DNA from: Schmidtea polychroa
Taxonomy: Eukaryota
NCBI GenBank assembly: GCA_044892525.1
Contig: CM097885.1
Span: 1,924,001 to 1,988,000, forward strand
Direction: 5' to 3'
DNA: 64,000 nt
The position numbers and the translations under genes were made by a program. Each line of letters opens with the position of its first letter. Position 1 is the first letter of the stretch. This document shows, one piece after another, positions 11,100 through 41,947 of the stretch. The notes beneath the pieces are model-generated. The model worked only from the letters and a program-made list of their open reading frames with translations. It was not told where the DNA came from and made no database searches.

Positions 11100-11824
11100 G
11101 GCAACAGAATTTGTTTTATTTTTAACAAGATGAGTAGAAAGGAGAGAAATACGAAAGAGACAAAATCAAAAATTATTTCCCATTTCTAAATTTAGCATAC
11201 AAAATAATGAAATGTACTCGGGCAGCTCGCGGTTTTCCTTAGTTGAACGCAGCGCTTGGAAACTGTGACGAGATGGGATTTAATTGCTTCCTCGTTCTGG
11301 GGGCATTTCTCACGTATCCATCATTACCTCCCCTTCCTTCTCATCTCCTAGGAATATAATAATAGCGATGCAAATCTTGTGACCCTGATTATATATGACT
11401 AGTTATAAAAATGGAGGGCAGCCCCTTGTAATACATTTTGATATTCATAATTGTTTCATATCTAAGCATTACTACTCAATGTGGAAACCTTGACACAAAT
11501 GGCCGCTGATGCTGCCCAAATGGAAACCTTCAAATTACTTACAAAATAGATGAAAATGGGCCCTGCAAGCCTGGCTCTATATTTAGTCTGTAACTCCATT
11601 TTAATTGCAACCAAATCCATTCATAGCTACCTTAGCCAACCCTTCGTTGTCTCTCATTGTCTGTTACATTTTGTAACTCGGGAGACAAAGTTCTGTAATC
11701 AGATAGGAGCTCAATTAGTTAAGGTTTCCACTCTAATCCTGATCTTGGAGGAGCCTTCCTATTCATACATCATTATCATTCCTTTGCTGGTGTGTTCATA
11801 CGGTGCATTCAGAAGTTCTTGATC

Positions 11825-12060
11825 TACGTAAGAAAGAGAATTTATATTTTACTATCACAAAGCATAAAGCAAAGTAAAGTGAAAAATTACAAATTATCAA
11901 AAGCAATTAAAAATTAATTAAAATTCGAAAAATTAAAAATCAATAATTTTCGGAAGAGGGAAGCGGTAACCGGTGGCAAATAAATCATTTCAATCAATGA
12001 GAGGTTCCTAGAAGGAGCAGGAAGCAGAAATTAATTAATTAATTGATATTTAAGGCAAAT
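11825..12060 (+). mobile_element. LTR-like 5' fragment preceding the 43-bp array
   Basis: A-rich head with gagggaagcggtaaccggt (cf. gagggagtggtaaccggt at ~59468) and aattaattaattaattg, as at 22985 and 41030. Confidence 0.4.
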
Positions 12061-12325
12061 CAATAAATCATGGAAAATCCATCCGAGGGTGAATTCTATT
12101 GGCCAATAAATCATGGAGAATCCATCCGAGGGTGAATTCTATTGGCCAATAAGTCATGGAGAATCCATCCGAGGGTGAATTCTATTGGCCAATAAGTCAT
12201 GGAGAATCCATCCGAGGGTGAATTCAATTGGCCACTAAATCATGGAGAATCCATCCGAGGGTGAATTCTATTGGCCAATAAATCATGGAGAATCCATCCG
12301 AGGGTGAATTCAATTGGCCAATAAA
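12061..12325. repeat. 43-bp minisatellite, ~6 copies
   Basis: Unit ccaataaatcatggagaatccatccgagggtgaattctattgg; junctions form the palindrome ATTGGCCAAT. Confidence 0.95.
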
Positions 12326-13261
12326 TAACATCGGGGAAAACAAATATCTTAGTGGATAATTAATTATATATTCAAATTAGATCCAATATGATATGGCCAA
12401 CAGAGAGGACCCTTTCACCATGTCATATTGGATGATCCTTATCTGAAAATTGACTGCCTCAACAATTGAATATTTATTTAAATTAATGGTAAATAAAAAA
12501 TACAAAATGATTTTAATTTAAAAATCTTTTTGAGGGGGTTCTGAGGTTGCGGCAGGATTTATATGAAAGGTATATTTATTTTATATAGGTAAGAGGTGAC
12601 ATATTGCATGAGGGACACAACAGATTAGTTGGGATCCATGAGCTTGACACAAATTAGGACTAATCCTCGTGTTGGAAAGGTTAAAAAGTCTTAGTTTACA
12701 GGATGATTGAGGAGAATAAGACGAGATTAGAAACTTGACACTCCAAGGAAAGTTCCTAACTCAATGTCCAATGTAAAGGAGTGATCTCCATGACTTGATG
12801 TGGCAACTAATGAATACAATTTGAGAAAATCTACAAATATAAATGCTTGCAAATTTGTCATAGTAAATACAAACAGAAATTATTTGATATCCGTCTCGAG
12901 CGCCCTGATTGCCATAAATTACAATCAGCTCCCTTGATACATTTACCAAATATAACATTTCCCCTCCCGCCGCCTCTGAGGCCTTATTTTATGTCAGCAA
13001 TGAGATATTTTGTACGACTTCATTCGGTTGTGGATATTGAACATTACAAGTGCAATATCAATCATGTAATTGCAAGGGGAGGGGGGGGGTATGTGAAGTT
13101 TGAGAAACCAAATGCGCATTTATTATGTTATTGAGAAATTATTTATTATCATATCAACATGGTTACATTACTGAAAATTCAGGGATATACATCATTTCGT
13201 TAGCAACGGGAGGGGGGACACAAATGGATGTTTTGAGATTACTAGTATCATTATTCACTTT

Positions 13262-13262
13262 A

Positions 13263-13322
<60 letters not shown>

Positions 13323-13327
13323 CATTA

Positions 13328-13406
<79 letters not shown>

Positions 13407-13409
13407 TTA
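13262..13409. repeat. (ATT)n microsatellite
   Basis: Directly visible. Confidence 0.97.
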
Positions 13410-14043
13410 TAGCCACAATAACGGATTTAAATGATTACCAGTTTATTAATAATTACATAATTAAATGTGTGGAATCCAATAAAATTTATTAATCCTGATA
13501 AAATTAATTAAGCACTGAAAATGTTAATGTTTACTGCATTGTGTATGCTGATTTTGGGGTTAAATTATTTGATAATTAATGCTTCACAAGTGATTCATTC
13601 ACAATGATTTTGGAACCCTTTAGATAAAACTTCGAAATTGTAAATGTCTATTTTTAATTTGCATGTCTTATTATGTTCAATAATATAACTGTTTCAATCA
13701 GTTGGACATGCTCTCAGAAATGACAGGTAGTCTCTTCAATGTATGTGGCATTACACCTATTACAAGTAAATCGATATACGAGATCAAAACATAGATGAAA
13801 CGGCGTTATAGGTTTATTATTGAACATATAACTAACTTTACAAAACTTTGAAATAATTTAATCATTGACACTTCCAATATATCTTAGAATGTTTAAAACA
13901 CTTAGAAATCGGTAAAACTGTCAAACAAAACTCTCATTTGTTTAACCAGATTTAGTATTATTGGTATCAGTGTTATCCAATTGAGCGTCATCAATAACAT
14001 CCATTACATTACCTTTCGTATTGATCAAAGGGACACTCTTAGT

Positions 14044-15531
14044 TAGCGTGACCATTTGCTCATATTTACCCGGGAACGTCCCGTATTTTGAGAATTTGTC
14101 CAGCGTCCCGTAAGGGACAGCATTTGTCCCGTGTTTCAAAAATTTCTATTAAAGTTTTTAAAAGTTATCAAATTGAAGCAAACCCCTTTATGCAACATTT
14201 TGATAACCTCAATATTTCGCTACTTTGCGAAATTAAAATTTACAATTATCTGCAAATTGATTTATGATTTAAAAGCGTTATTGGATAAAGAAATCATCAT
14301 AACTGTTATTGTAAGTAATGCCATTGCTGATTTCGTTCATAAATGTCTCTAGCAAATCAATTTGTTTAATTCAGATGAGCACAAGCAAGAAAAGAAAGAC
14401 TTCCTATAACGACAGTTATGCCACAGAGTTTGGATTCATCAAGAGATATCCATCAGACGACAGCAAAGCATTCTGTATAGTTTGCTCATCAGCATTCTCA
14501 ATAAGCCACGGTGGTCGATCGGATATTGTTCAACATGTTGGAACTACTCGTCACAAAAATTCAATAGAAGTTGGAGCCTAAAGTAAGAAAGTAAGCGACT
14601 TTTTTAAAGAAAGATTTCGGCAACAAAGGAAGAATTAAATATTAGCGCTAAGGAAGCAGTAATTGCATATCATACTTGAAGGTACAACTTTTCTTTTCGT
14701 TTTAATGATTGGACATCCGAACTCATTCAAGCATGTTTTGAAAGGAAAATTTACATTAGGAAGAACAAAAACAGCTGCGATCATAAAGAAAGTTATTGCA
14801 CCATACATTGATGAAAAGATCCAGCAAGATATAAAGAAGGTTAATTAACATCTAACCACAAAAAACTGAAATTATTTTAATCCTTTTGTTGGAATTGTTA
14901 GCAAGAAAATCGGACTTGTGTCGATTCCAAACGAAGAGTCAAAAAATTGCTGATGAGCTCTCCAAAATTAGCGAGGAACAACATTTGCAGGAGAAAGTTA
15001 TAGCATTTGGAGGAGACAATACAAATCAATACAACCTATGGAAACATCTTCAAACTTTTCTTCGTTGACTAATAAGGGGAAATGGATGTGTAACTCATAT
15101 TGCTCATAACGCATCAAAGGCTGGATGTGAAGTTCTTGACCTTGACATGGAAGCTCTTGTTGTTAAGATTAAGAATCATTTCAGTTTATATACGGTTCTA
15201 ACAGAAACCTTTAAGGCTTTCTCTGAAGCAATGGATAAAAGTTACATTCATCAGATTTCTGACATTAGAGCCGGCTATTAATCGATTGATTGAGCTTGAT
15301 GATCCTTTGAAGCAGTACCTTTTGTCATTAAAACAATGCCCTCCAACAGTTTTACGATTCTTCAAGGATCCAACTGGAAAATTGTGGATTTTTTTCGTTG
15401 TAAATCAGCTGACAAAATTTAATTCTACGATTTTTTTTACGCGGACCACATCTTTCGAAGCTGCTAATGAAATGACAAGATTAAAGGGAAAGATGCAGAA
15501 TAGAAAGGATTTGTCAGTATTGGTCACACTA
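14044..15531 (+). mobile_element. Degenerate hAT transposon (Blackjack-like TIR) with transposase pseudogene
   Basis: Left end TAGCGTGACCA (14044) and right end TGGTCACACTA (15521-15531); subterminal GTCCCG/GGGAC motifs; BED-like AFCIVC..FSISHGGRSDIVQH..H, GRTKTAAI, DNTN and GCxxH fragments with stops and frameshifts. Confidence 0.8.
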
Positions 15532-16357
15532 TGATGAAGGATTGATAAGTAGAGCGCACGCTATGATGAAGGATTGGTCAGTATAGCTCACGCGATGATG
15601 AATGATTGGTCAGTATAGCTCACCCGATGATGAAGGATTGGTCAGTATAGGTCACGCTATGATGAAGGATTGGTCAGTAGAGCGCACTTTATGATAAAGG
15701 ATTGGTCAGTAGAGAGCACGCTATGATAAAGGATTGGTCAGTAGAGCGCACGCTATGCTGAAGGATTGGTCAGTATAGTTCACGCTATGATGAATGATTG
15801 GTCAGTATAGCTCACCCGATGATGAAGGATTGGTCAGTATAGGTCACGCTATGATGAAGGATTGGTCAGTAGAGCGCACTCTATGATAAAGGATTGGTCA
15901 GTAGAGCGCACTCTATGATGAAGGATTGGTCAATATAGCTCACGCGATGATGAAGGATTGGTCAGTATAGTTCACGCTTAGATGAAGGATTGGTCAGTAG
16001 AGCGCACGCTATGATAAAGGATTGGTCAGTAGAGCGCACGCTATGATAAAGGATTGGTCAGTAGAGCGCACTCTATGATGAAGGATTGGTCAATATAGCT
16101 CACGCGATGATGAAGGATTGGTCAGTATAGTTCACGCTATGATGAAGGATTGGTCAGTAGAGCGCACGCTATGATAAAGGATTGGTCAGTAGAGCGCACG
16201 CTATGATAAAGGATTGGTCAGTAGAGTGCACGCTATGATAAAGGATTGGTCAGTAGAGCGCACTTTATGATAAAGGATTGGTCAGTAGAGCGCACGCTAT
16301 GATGAAGGATTGGTCAGTATAGTTCACGCTATGATGAAGAATTGGTCAGTAGAGCAC
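15506..16357. repeat. 32-bp minisatellite, ~26 copies, overlapping the hAT right end
   Basis: Unit tatgatgaaggattggtcagtagagcgcacgc with recurrent variants (tatagctcacgcg, tataggtcacgct, tatagttcacgct). Confidence 0.95.
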
Positions 16358-17069
16358 TTGCTTTAGTAGCCCTTTCACAATTAACCTTTTGCTAAGATTT
16401 ATGCAAACAACATTCTGTAAAGGAAATCCTCGAGACATTTTCTGTCAACTTCCTTAAAGATTGTTGATAAAATATCTTGGTAGAAATTTTGATATAAAAT
16501 TGAGCAATTCTACCAAAGCTGCAATTGATTCAATCAAACAAATTACGGATTTCCTACTAATTCCCATAATTGATATCTAAGACATTCAAAGATTAGAATT
16601 ACCAATGAAGGACAATTTCACCTTCTCATCGGATTAAATTTGTATTTCCCAAATTGGATGTTCTGCGCAAGATGCCCCTTTGGATTAGACTTTCTTTTCC
16701 TTTTCATATCACTTAGCTTTGCTGCCTGTTTGTCACTGAATTGGACTCACAAAATGCCCTCATATATATCCAAATTAATGTCACCCAGCCCCTCCCCCCC
16801 CTGTATACTACCGCAATTGATTAATAATCCTAATTAGAGTTTCAGAAATTTTGTTTAAATTTGTTAGTTGCGTAATGAATTGGAATCACGAAAGGATGAT
16901 ATCATACAGCATCAAGACCCCTCTAAGATGCCCCACCAGGCGTAGGTAAGAACAGATGGGAATTTGATAATGATATTGTTTTAATGAAGCGGAATTATAA
17001 TATAATCATTGAAATTAGTTTTATACACAATTTTATTATTTAATTATTTATTTACACAATATAAATATT

Positions 17070-17079
17070 TATTATTATA

Positions 17080-17126
<47 letters not shown>

Positions 17127-17142
17127 GATTATTATTATTATG

Positions 17143-17189
<47 letters not shown>

Positions 17190-17205
17190 GATTATTATTA
17201 TTATG

Positions 17206-17293
<88 letters not shown>

Positions 17294-17304
17294 TTATTAT
17301 TATA

Positions 17305-17370
<66 letters not shown>
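17070..17370. repeat. (ATT)n microsatellite
   Basis: Directly visible. Confidence 0.97.
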
Positions 17371-17371
<1 letters not shown>

Positions 17372-17483
17372 GTGTGTTTGGGTCATTCTATCGCCTATCA
17401 CTAGCAAGGAAGCATTTGATTGGCCATTTGATTTTCACTTTCCATTTGATACAAATATTTTTTGTAATTTTTTACTATTTTAT

Positions 17484-33737
<16,254 letters not shown>

Positions 33738-34304
33738 GCCATAACCTCTTTTAAGAGGCTATGTGCAATTGAATTGTTGATTTGGTTCCCTATCAACGCT
33801 GACAGAGGTCTACTCTGACTATGTACCGGAATGAATGAGAGCTATCTGGATCATTATATTAATTTAGGATCATAAATGTACTATAATAAACCACGATTTG
33901 ATTGTGTTGTATTTTGTGTTTTTATTTAACTTTGTTAGTGAATAGCGTATAAACATTGTCAAGGGCCTTTACTCAAGTAATGGGAGGGAGGGGAGGTCAT
34001 ATAATTTGCTATTCAAAATTAAGCTGGAATTCGGAGAATTGAAGTCTGTGATAATCCTGATCAAAATATCTGTATCCTTAAATCTTCGCCTCATTCTAAT
34101 AATTTAAAGGTTATCTATAAAGTTAATGCTTTAGCTCGTTGCAAAGATAAGAAATATAAAGAAGCAATGAGAAGATCTAGAAATGTTGTGATCTGGTCAC
34201 TGGATTTGATCCTGAATGAAATTGAGTTTCTTACATGATACTGATAAGAGCCAAGTATGTGTTAAACTGGTCTACCATAATAAATTGCATTGAATATTAT
34301 CGCA

Positions 34305-34509
34305 TTAACCCTTTCCAGTCCAGCGATTCCAAATCGAATCATTAATTCAAATTCAGTCATTTGAATATACAAAATGTTGGCAGCAGCTAATGTTGAATAC
34401 GTATGAAAGTTGTATCAGATGACAGAAAACAATTGTATTTACCATCGTGCTGTCTCACATGACCTATACTGTGTGCACATGGATAATAAATTGGGCTGGA
34501 AAGGATTAA
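34305..34509. mobile_element. piggyBac-type MITE
   Basis: TTAA-CCCTTTCCAGTCCA ... TGGGCTGGAAAGGA-TTAA: imperfect TIRs with TTAA target duplication. Confidence 0.7.
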
Positions 34510-34659
34510 ACAATTTTAATTAGCAAATTAGTTTTGGCTTTCCTTATTCTGAGTAATATGAAGTGAAGACTCCAACTCACTTTAATCTCAATGTATCTTA
34601 ATCATTATCTCACTTATACAATGTCACAAAAAGTAAGTCGAGGTTATCATAACATAAGT

Positions 34660-36110
34660 TACCCTAACTCTCTAAGCCAGAGACCAAAAATCATACGAAT
34701 TTTTAAAATAAAAATCCTAACATCGATAAGCCGGACTCATGGATAAGTCGAATGTACTATAACTAATAGGAAGGAGGTCAGTGGTCTCACTCGCACTTAT
34801 TTCATTTCTTTATTAGGGGAAAGTGTGTAGATATTGGCATTCCTCTCACTTCCAGTATGGATTGGCCGGAACGTGTTTTTTCTGCACTGGGCCTTGCCGA
34901 GTGAACACACGCGCGGGCGGCTGAATAAACTTTCATTATTCGTTACGCGGCGTTGCTAAATTATTAAATTCTCCCGCCACATAACCTGATATCTTACAGT
35001 TTTTCAGTCTTTATATTTAAAGTCATTTAAATAGTGATACGTTAGTCGTGTCCAATTATATAATGGGACACGCCTTTTGTTAAATGGATTTAAATTGTGA
35101 TAATGGAAAGAAAACTCGGAAATCTTATCCTAATCATCGAAACCTTGAAGCGGTGAGCTATGCCGAAACGTATGGCAATGCGGCGGTGGCTAACGAGTCC
35201 GGAACAGACGAGCAGCGATGGAAAAAACAAAAACCTGTTATTATCGCAATGCATCTGAAAAAGCGCTGCGGTCGGTCCCAAAAAGAATTTTGGCCAGATT
35301 CGGAGTCACAAATGAAGGCATGGATTATCTCCAGACGCAATGAAAATAAAGACTTTCAACCACTGGAATTCGTCTGAAATCGAAATAATTGGCTAAACAT
35401 TTCAAAATCAATGACTTGAAAGGTAGCAAATAACTTATCTGTAAGAGCAGAAGGACAGACGTTTCCAGAGGAGTGGGAAGAGAAAGTCGCTGTCTTTGGG
35501 GTTTTTGTCAAAAATGCAATCGATGGAGTCAATTTCGAACACATCGGGAAAATGGATGAAGTTTCCATCAGTTTCGATATGCCCAGTGGTTTCACAGTTG
35601 AGACAAAGGGATCAACGGAGGTTAGAATCACTACCAATGACAATGCAAACATTTAGTAATTTTCAAACGGAAAACCATTCCTAAATATGTCTTCCCTAAA
35701 GGAGTTATTGTCACAGCAAACGGAAAGGGATGAGTTGATGCGGATATGGCCAGATGATGGTTAGAAAACAATTGGCGTAAACACAAGAATTCATTTTTTG
35801 CCAGAAATCAGTTTTAATATATGATTCGGAACGACCTCACATCACAGAAGAAGTCAAAGGAAAGGTGAGAAAGTATTCATAATTGGCTGTTATTCCTGAA
35901 GGACTGACACCTACATTACAACCACTGGATCAAAGCGTTATTAAATCTTCTAAAATCAGAATACGAGTGAAATGGGAAGACTGAAAGGTCAATGGTTACC
36001 ATTGTTGCACTAAGTCTGGATCAATCAAAAGACCCCCTTATGCCGAAGTATATCAATGGATCGACAAATGTTGGTGTGAAGTATCCGCGGATTCCATTTG
36101 GCAACTTTCA
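34660..36110 (+). mobile_element. Degenerate pogo-family transposon (Brinker DBD / CENP-B HTH / DDE_1)
   Basis: RKSY..LEAVSYAETYGNAAVA, WPDSE..AWI, IGKMDEVSISFDMP..TVETKGS.EV.I.T, YDS.RPH, IPEGLT..LQPLD fragments with stops; ATAAGCCG/ATAAGTCG subterminal motifs near 34660-34750. Confidence 0.8.
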
Positions 36111-37250
36111 TAACAAATATAAATATTATAAGAACTTTTTTCTAATTTCAGCACTGATTTCTTTTCAATTGGTATTGGCTTGCAAATGTTAGTATATATA
36201 TTTAATGCAAATTAATTACATAACTTAGTGCAAGCAGGACAGATTTATACACCAACCGAATATTTCACCTACATTTTGTTTGCTTTTATCTTTACTTAAG
36301 CATATAAAAGTATTGCAAAAGATAGATGCTTCATATCTTATAATAAATTGTTAGGAGACATAGTACTTAAGCTGTATAAATGGGTGCCTCTCCCCCCCTT
36401 CTGTCAGTATGATGGTAAGATTTATTATCGGGAAGCTTGCATTCATTCTAAAAACGAAAAAATAGCTTGCAAAGTCCCCTTGTACATGCCACTGTCAATT
36501 TATAAACCTAACAATAGGCAACACCGAAGAACGATGCACTTCCTCACAGTTTTATCCTCGATTATGATGAATCATTTATTTCCAGTTTCTATCGACAGTC
36601 CCGGAAGTAGAGAAATATCAAAGCAAAGCTAATGAATCAAGCAAAACCACCGGCAAAAGATATGGGCAGCCTACGCCTACGGATTATGCCTATGGCTTAT
36701 CAGGTATGTATATGAGACTGTAGACGGAGCAAAAGACTATTGGTAAGGGATATGGCAGTTGCGTTGCTGTGAGGATACGTGGCGATCTGTGAATGCGATG
36801 AGTAGAATTCTTACAAATTTCGTTCAAATCAAATGTGGAAATATATTTTATTCCCGTCAGCCGGTGAGACAAAAAAGAAATATTTTTCTGCTATCAATTG
36901 AAACATTTTCACTCATTTGTATTAAATCTTCATCTAAATAAATAATTTTGTTTAAATCAACTGCTGCCCAAATTTTTCTATTGGTTAATTTTTTTTCAGA
37001 GATCAAAATGTCTCATGCAATAGAAATGATGACGAATAATATTTTCTCATACGAACTTCTCGCCCACCACCCGTAAAATTTCCCTTTGTATTTATCTCTC
37101 GTGAAATCCAAAAGGCCGGAACATTTTAAATAACAAAAGATCCATCTTTAACAAGGATTCCTATACTAAACAAATTCATTAATCAGGGTAGACCAGAAAG
37201 GTTACTTTCAAATAAAAGACAAGCTTAATAATTATTTATTTATCCTCTTA

Positions 37251-37445
37251 ATAGCGAGATTCTTGTATTGCTAACGCATGAATTATGGGGAGGTTATAAA
37301 TAGTGACAAGCTCTAGGAATTCGCCAAAGAACTCTAGTAAGCCCAGCTGGTCACCTCTCTTGATAGCGAAATTCTCGTATTGCTAATGCATGAATTATGG
37401 GGAGGTTCGCCAATGAACTCTAGAAAGCCCGGCAGCTCACCTCTG
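37251..37445. repeat. Imperfect direct duplication (two copies ~110 bp apart)
   Basis: atagcga.attct.gtattgctaa.gcatgaattatggggaggtt..cgccaa.gaactctag.aagccc occurs twice. Confidence 0.8.
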
Positions 37446-40400
37446 ATCATACAGGTATTTATTTAAAATAATACCTATTATTAATCAAATATATAAATAC
37501 GACTGATTTCATTATATTATAATCAAAATGTACATGATATCCAAACCTTGTTGAGCGTCAACTCAATCTAGCCAATCAATGCTTGAACATTTCTTATTTC
37601 ATGGCCACATTTATGAGGTTAAATTATGTTCTTAAAAGGTTAATAATGAGCTTGCACGAGCCTAAGCGAGCTTATCACAGCTCACAACGGGAGGACCTAT
37701 GAAATTGAAGATATTTATTGAAAACGATCGTTTCAAAGCTAGATGATAGACATATTTATCAGGGAGGGGTTGAGGAGGACGGGTTTTATGATTCCTAGTT
37801 ACTTTTGCCTTTCTGAAATTCATTAATTTTAAATTAATTTATTTTATTAGGCATTAGAAATTTTTAACTCTTATAAATGTCTACGTACAGGAATTATACA
37901 CCAATGACCATAAATTACAAGAAATTTAGCATTTGTTATAGGAAAGCAGTTAATAATTTGAGTGAGAAAAATAAAATGCAAATACACATACAATACTCAC
38001 ATAGAAACATACATGTAATACACACATACAATACACACATACGGATGCGTACGCAATACACACAATACAAACATACAATACACCCGTTTGCACTCAATAA
38101 ACGCACCTATAATATAAAACAAAAAATCAATATGTGTATATTATATAAACATACAAACTTACCTATGTGTTGATTTTTATCGTTGCAATGAATAAACGCA
38201 TTTAATATAGAAAGTGAGAAAGTGGTAGAAAAAATAAACTGACACACACAAACACAACACATAGTAAAAAATGCATGCAAATTTTATATATATATATATA
38301 TTCGTTGCAATGAATAAACGCACTATAATAAATCATTTACAGACATTTTTAGAATTTTTTAGAAAAAAATAAATGAAAAAATTGCTAACGAAAATTCCGA
38401 AAACTCAACTTTGAGTTCTATAGATAATGAAAACATTATTTCGTAAGATTTATCTTAAGTTTTTATAGAATTTAATAGTTTTTTAGTATTTCACATTGCC
38501 CTGAAATCTCAACTTTGCCGTCCGATGTTGGGAATAAACTAGAAAATCGTAAATTTTATTAACTTAAATTTAAAAATTAATATTTCTTTAGAATTTCAGA
38601 ACTTGACAAACTTTTTGGCGATTAATAAATTGTATTTCTTACTTAATTACTTAATAAAATAATAATAAAACTCACATTATATTGAAATAATTCCAAATAA
38701 TAATAATAACATCTAAAATTCCTGAAAAATTAATTAAAAATAATTTATAATAAAAAAAATGTTGATAAAAAGAATCACTTAAGAGCTTGAATAATGATCT
38801 CATATCTATATGGATCAATATTCAAACCTTAATGTTTACTTTAAATAAAAAAATTACTTGAAAGCCATTTCTAAAATTTGTATTCTTTATTCTTTCTCTT
38901 CTCATCAAGTACAATAGTGAGCCCTTAATCTTTCTCAATGTTTATTCTTTAATATCTTCCTTCTTCTACTTTTCTGAGCCTGATTCTTATTTTCCTCTAT
39001 ATTCCCTATATCCCTCCCTCTATATTCCCTCTATATTCCTTCTATATCCCGCTATATTCAGTTTTATACTTTATTTTATTTTCACTTAATTATTGATTTA
39101 ATTTTTATTTAATAATTTTTCATATTGCGTGTTTACACAATTTTGCTTTGATAAAACAAGAAAACTTGACAACGATAAAAAAGGAATTTTACATAAAAAA
39201 GAGTTGATTACAATGGCATTTCTAATAGAATTCCGCCTATTTTTAAGAAAATACATTAATAGGAACCCAAAAAGTAGAAGTGCCTAGGGCCTACAAAGAG
39301 GTTCATTGAGCCTGCCCGAACGGCATGATAACAGTTATAATGAAATTCAATCATCCAGATCGAAATGTTAATTGAGAAGCACCGAGATAAATAAATAATT
39401 GATTAAATAAAAGGTTAAATGCCTCAAGCATAATTTTAAACATATTAATTAAATATATTAATTTATAAAATTATATTAAATACGTTAATTTATGATATAA
39501 TATTAAAAATATTAATTTACAAATAATAATTTTTTAAAGAATTTTAAAAAATAAAAAAATTATGTTTGTTGAAAATTGTTTTTGAAAATAATTATTTAAA
39601 ATTGTTATTTATAATTTAAAAATTTATAGATTTAATAATTTGTTTATAAATTATCAATATTGTATAATTATTCATGTAGGTAACCTGGTGATGATAGTGA
39701 TGATATGTATATAGTGATATGTATATAGTGAAATGTATATAGTACGAATGGCGATTTTTATTAATAAAGTCCTTACCGTGTTTATTTAAGTATTTAAAAT
39801 ATTATATTAAATGATTATAAGAACCGCGTTGCGTGGAAGACCTCCTGGAAGACCTTATGAAAGGCTAGAATAACAATAATAGAAATGAAATACAAAATCC
39901 TGTCGGCCAGAATTTTCATGAACCATTTTGAACGAATGATAAAATATTTATTATTCAATTTTCTTTATCAACATTTTATTTTTACCTATCGATCAATATT
40001 TTGTTTTATATTCAGCACGAATTTTTAGCTTTACAATAAATAATTTATTCATCACCCTTTGTAAGCATGTATAAAATATAAATATAAATGAATAAATTGA
40101 ATATTAATATTATTATTGTAATAACAATAGGAAACCCTAACAAACGATAACAACAAACAACAACAATCCGAGAGAAAGTAAAGATTTCCTTCTTGCATTT
40201 CCCCATTAAATTACAGCAATAAAAATGTTAATCGGAAAATTTTAGTAAAATTATGTTTAGTTTTAATTAACTTTTTTCTGTGAATTCTTTTTGTCAACCG
40301 CGATGCTCCGTCCAGCTGGAATTGATAATTAATTTCCCAAGATGCAGCCTTCAATGAATCTCTACACAATTCCAATAGCTAACTATGGCAGCAACTTTAT

Positions 40401-40591
40401 CCTAGCTACCTTGCTACTAACTTTTTACATTTTCCATAATCATCGGAAGGACATTATTACAAACGGAGACGCCTTTCCATTAAATACAGATAAACGCAGT
40501 GATATGAGACATGTATTAATTGTCCATTAAATTATCCAGATCTCGGGGGACATGGGCAATATATTATAATTGCGATACCCATACATTTCAA

Positions 40592-40817
<226 letters not shown>

Positions 40818-41075
40818 GGGGTAAGCACAAAAACCACAACTTCATAGATAAAAGAAAAGCATAACAAATAATGGTAAAATCAATAAAAGTGCAAAATTAA
40901 TTAAAATTTACTTAAAATCAAAATCAATATTGAACGGGGGATGGTTGAACGCCAAATTGATAGACTAGTTCAGAAATTATATTCAAAATTTAATAAGGTG
41001 TTCGCAGGCAAAGTTAATGCTAAAAAACAAATTAATTAATTGGTAATGGAAAAACCCGAGCCAATGGGAAGCCCG

Positions 41076-41163
41076 AGTAATATATACGAATTCTTATATC
41101 CCACAAGCATAAAAATCTTTTTCGCTCACTCCCACAGGATATAAGAATTCGCATGTAACTACT
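41076..41163. mobile_element. 88-bp mini-element/hairpin with Polinton-like AGT...ACTACT termini
   Basis: agtaatatatacgaattcttatatcc / ggatataagaattcgcatgtaactact form an inverted repeat with a perfect 15-bp core. Confidence 0.55.
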
Positions 41164-41568
41164 AGGAAAATAAAAAAATATAAAATTTCGTACGCGGTAA
41201 AATTAGGCACTTTTAATTAGCCATCTAAAATATAAATAAAAATAAAAATATTTTTTACACTAATAATTTTATACCCCACATAAAAAAATAAAAAACACAA
41301 AATTATGAACCCGCCAAAATGAGCACTTGTATATTTACAATCTCGTATACTCGACAAAACATAAATTCTATGCTTGCGAATATACAACATACACAATTTT
41401 AATATATAAAAATGGAAAAGAAAAAAGCAAAACCTGTTCCTAAGCCTAGGAAAGAATAAATTGAAAACTTGTACAAGATGTCATAAAAAGTATTCATACT
41501 AAAGAAGATTGTTTTTCTGGTTTACCATTTTTAATACATATATATGATCCTGTTGAAGCCCTTGTAAC

Positions 41569-41947
41569 CCTATGTACCAATGAGCCTATGCACCAATGAG
41601 CCTATGCACCAATGAACCTATGCACCAGTGAACCTATGCACCAATGAACCTATGCATCAATGAACCTATGCACCAATGAACCTATGCACCAATGAACCTA
41701 TGCACCAATGAACCTATGCACCAATGAACCTATGCACCAATGAACCTATGCACCAATGAACCTATGCACCAATGAACCTATGCACCAATGAACCTATGCA
41801 CCAATGAACCTATGCACCAATGAACCTATGCACCAATGAGCCTATGCACCAGTGAACCTATGCACCAATGAGCCTATGCACCAGTGAACCTATGCACCAA
41901 TGAACCTATGCACCAATGAGCCTATGCACCAATGAACCTATGCACCA
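41569..41947. repeat. 16-bp minisatellite, ~23 copies
   Basis: Unit tgcaccaatgaaccta. Confidence 0.96.

Noticed and set aside
15506..16357. CRISPR-like appearance of the 32-bp array (also the 43-bp and 16-bp arrays)
   Set aside because: Units are contiguous with no unique spacers, there are no cas genes, and the context is eukaryotic.
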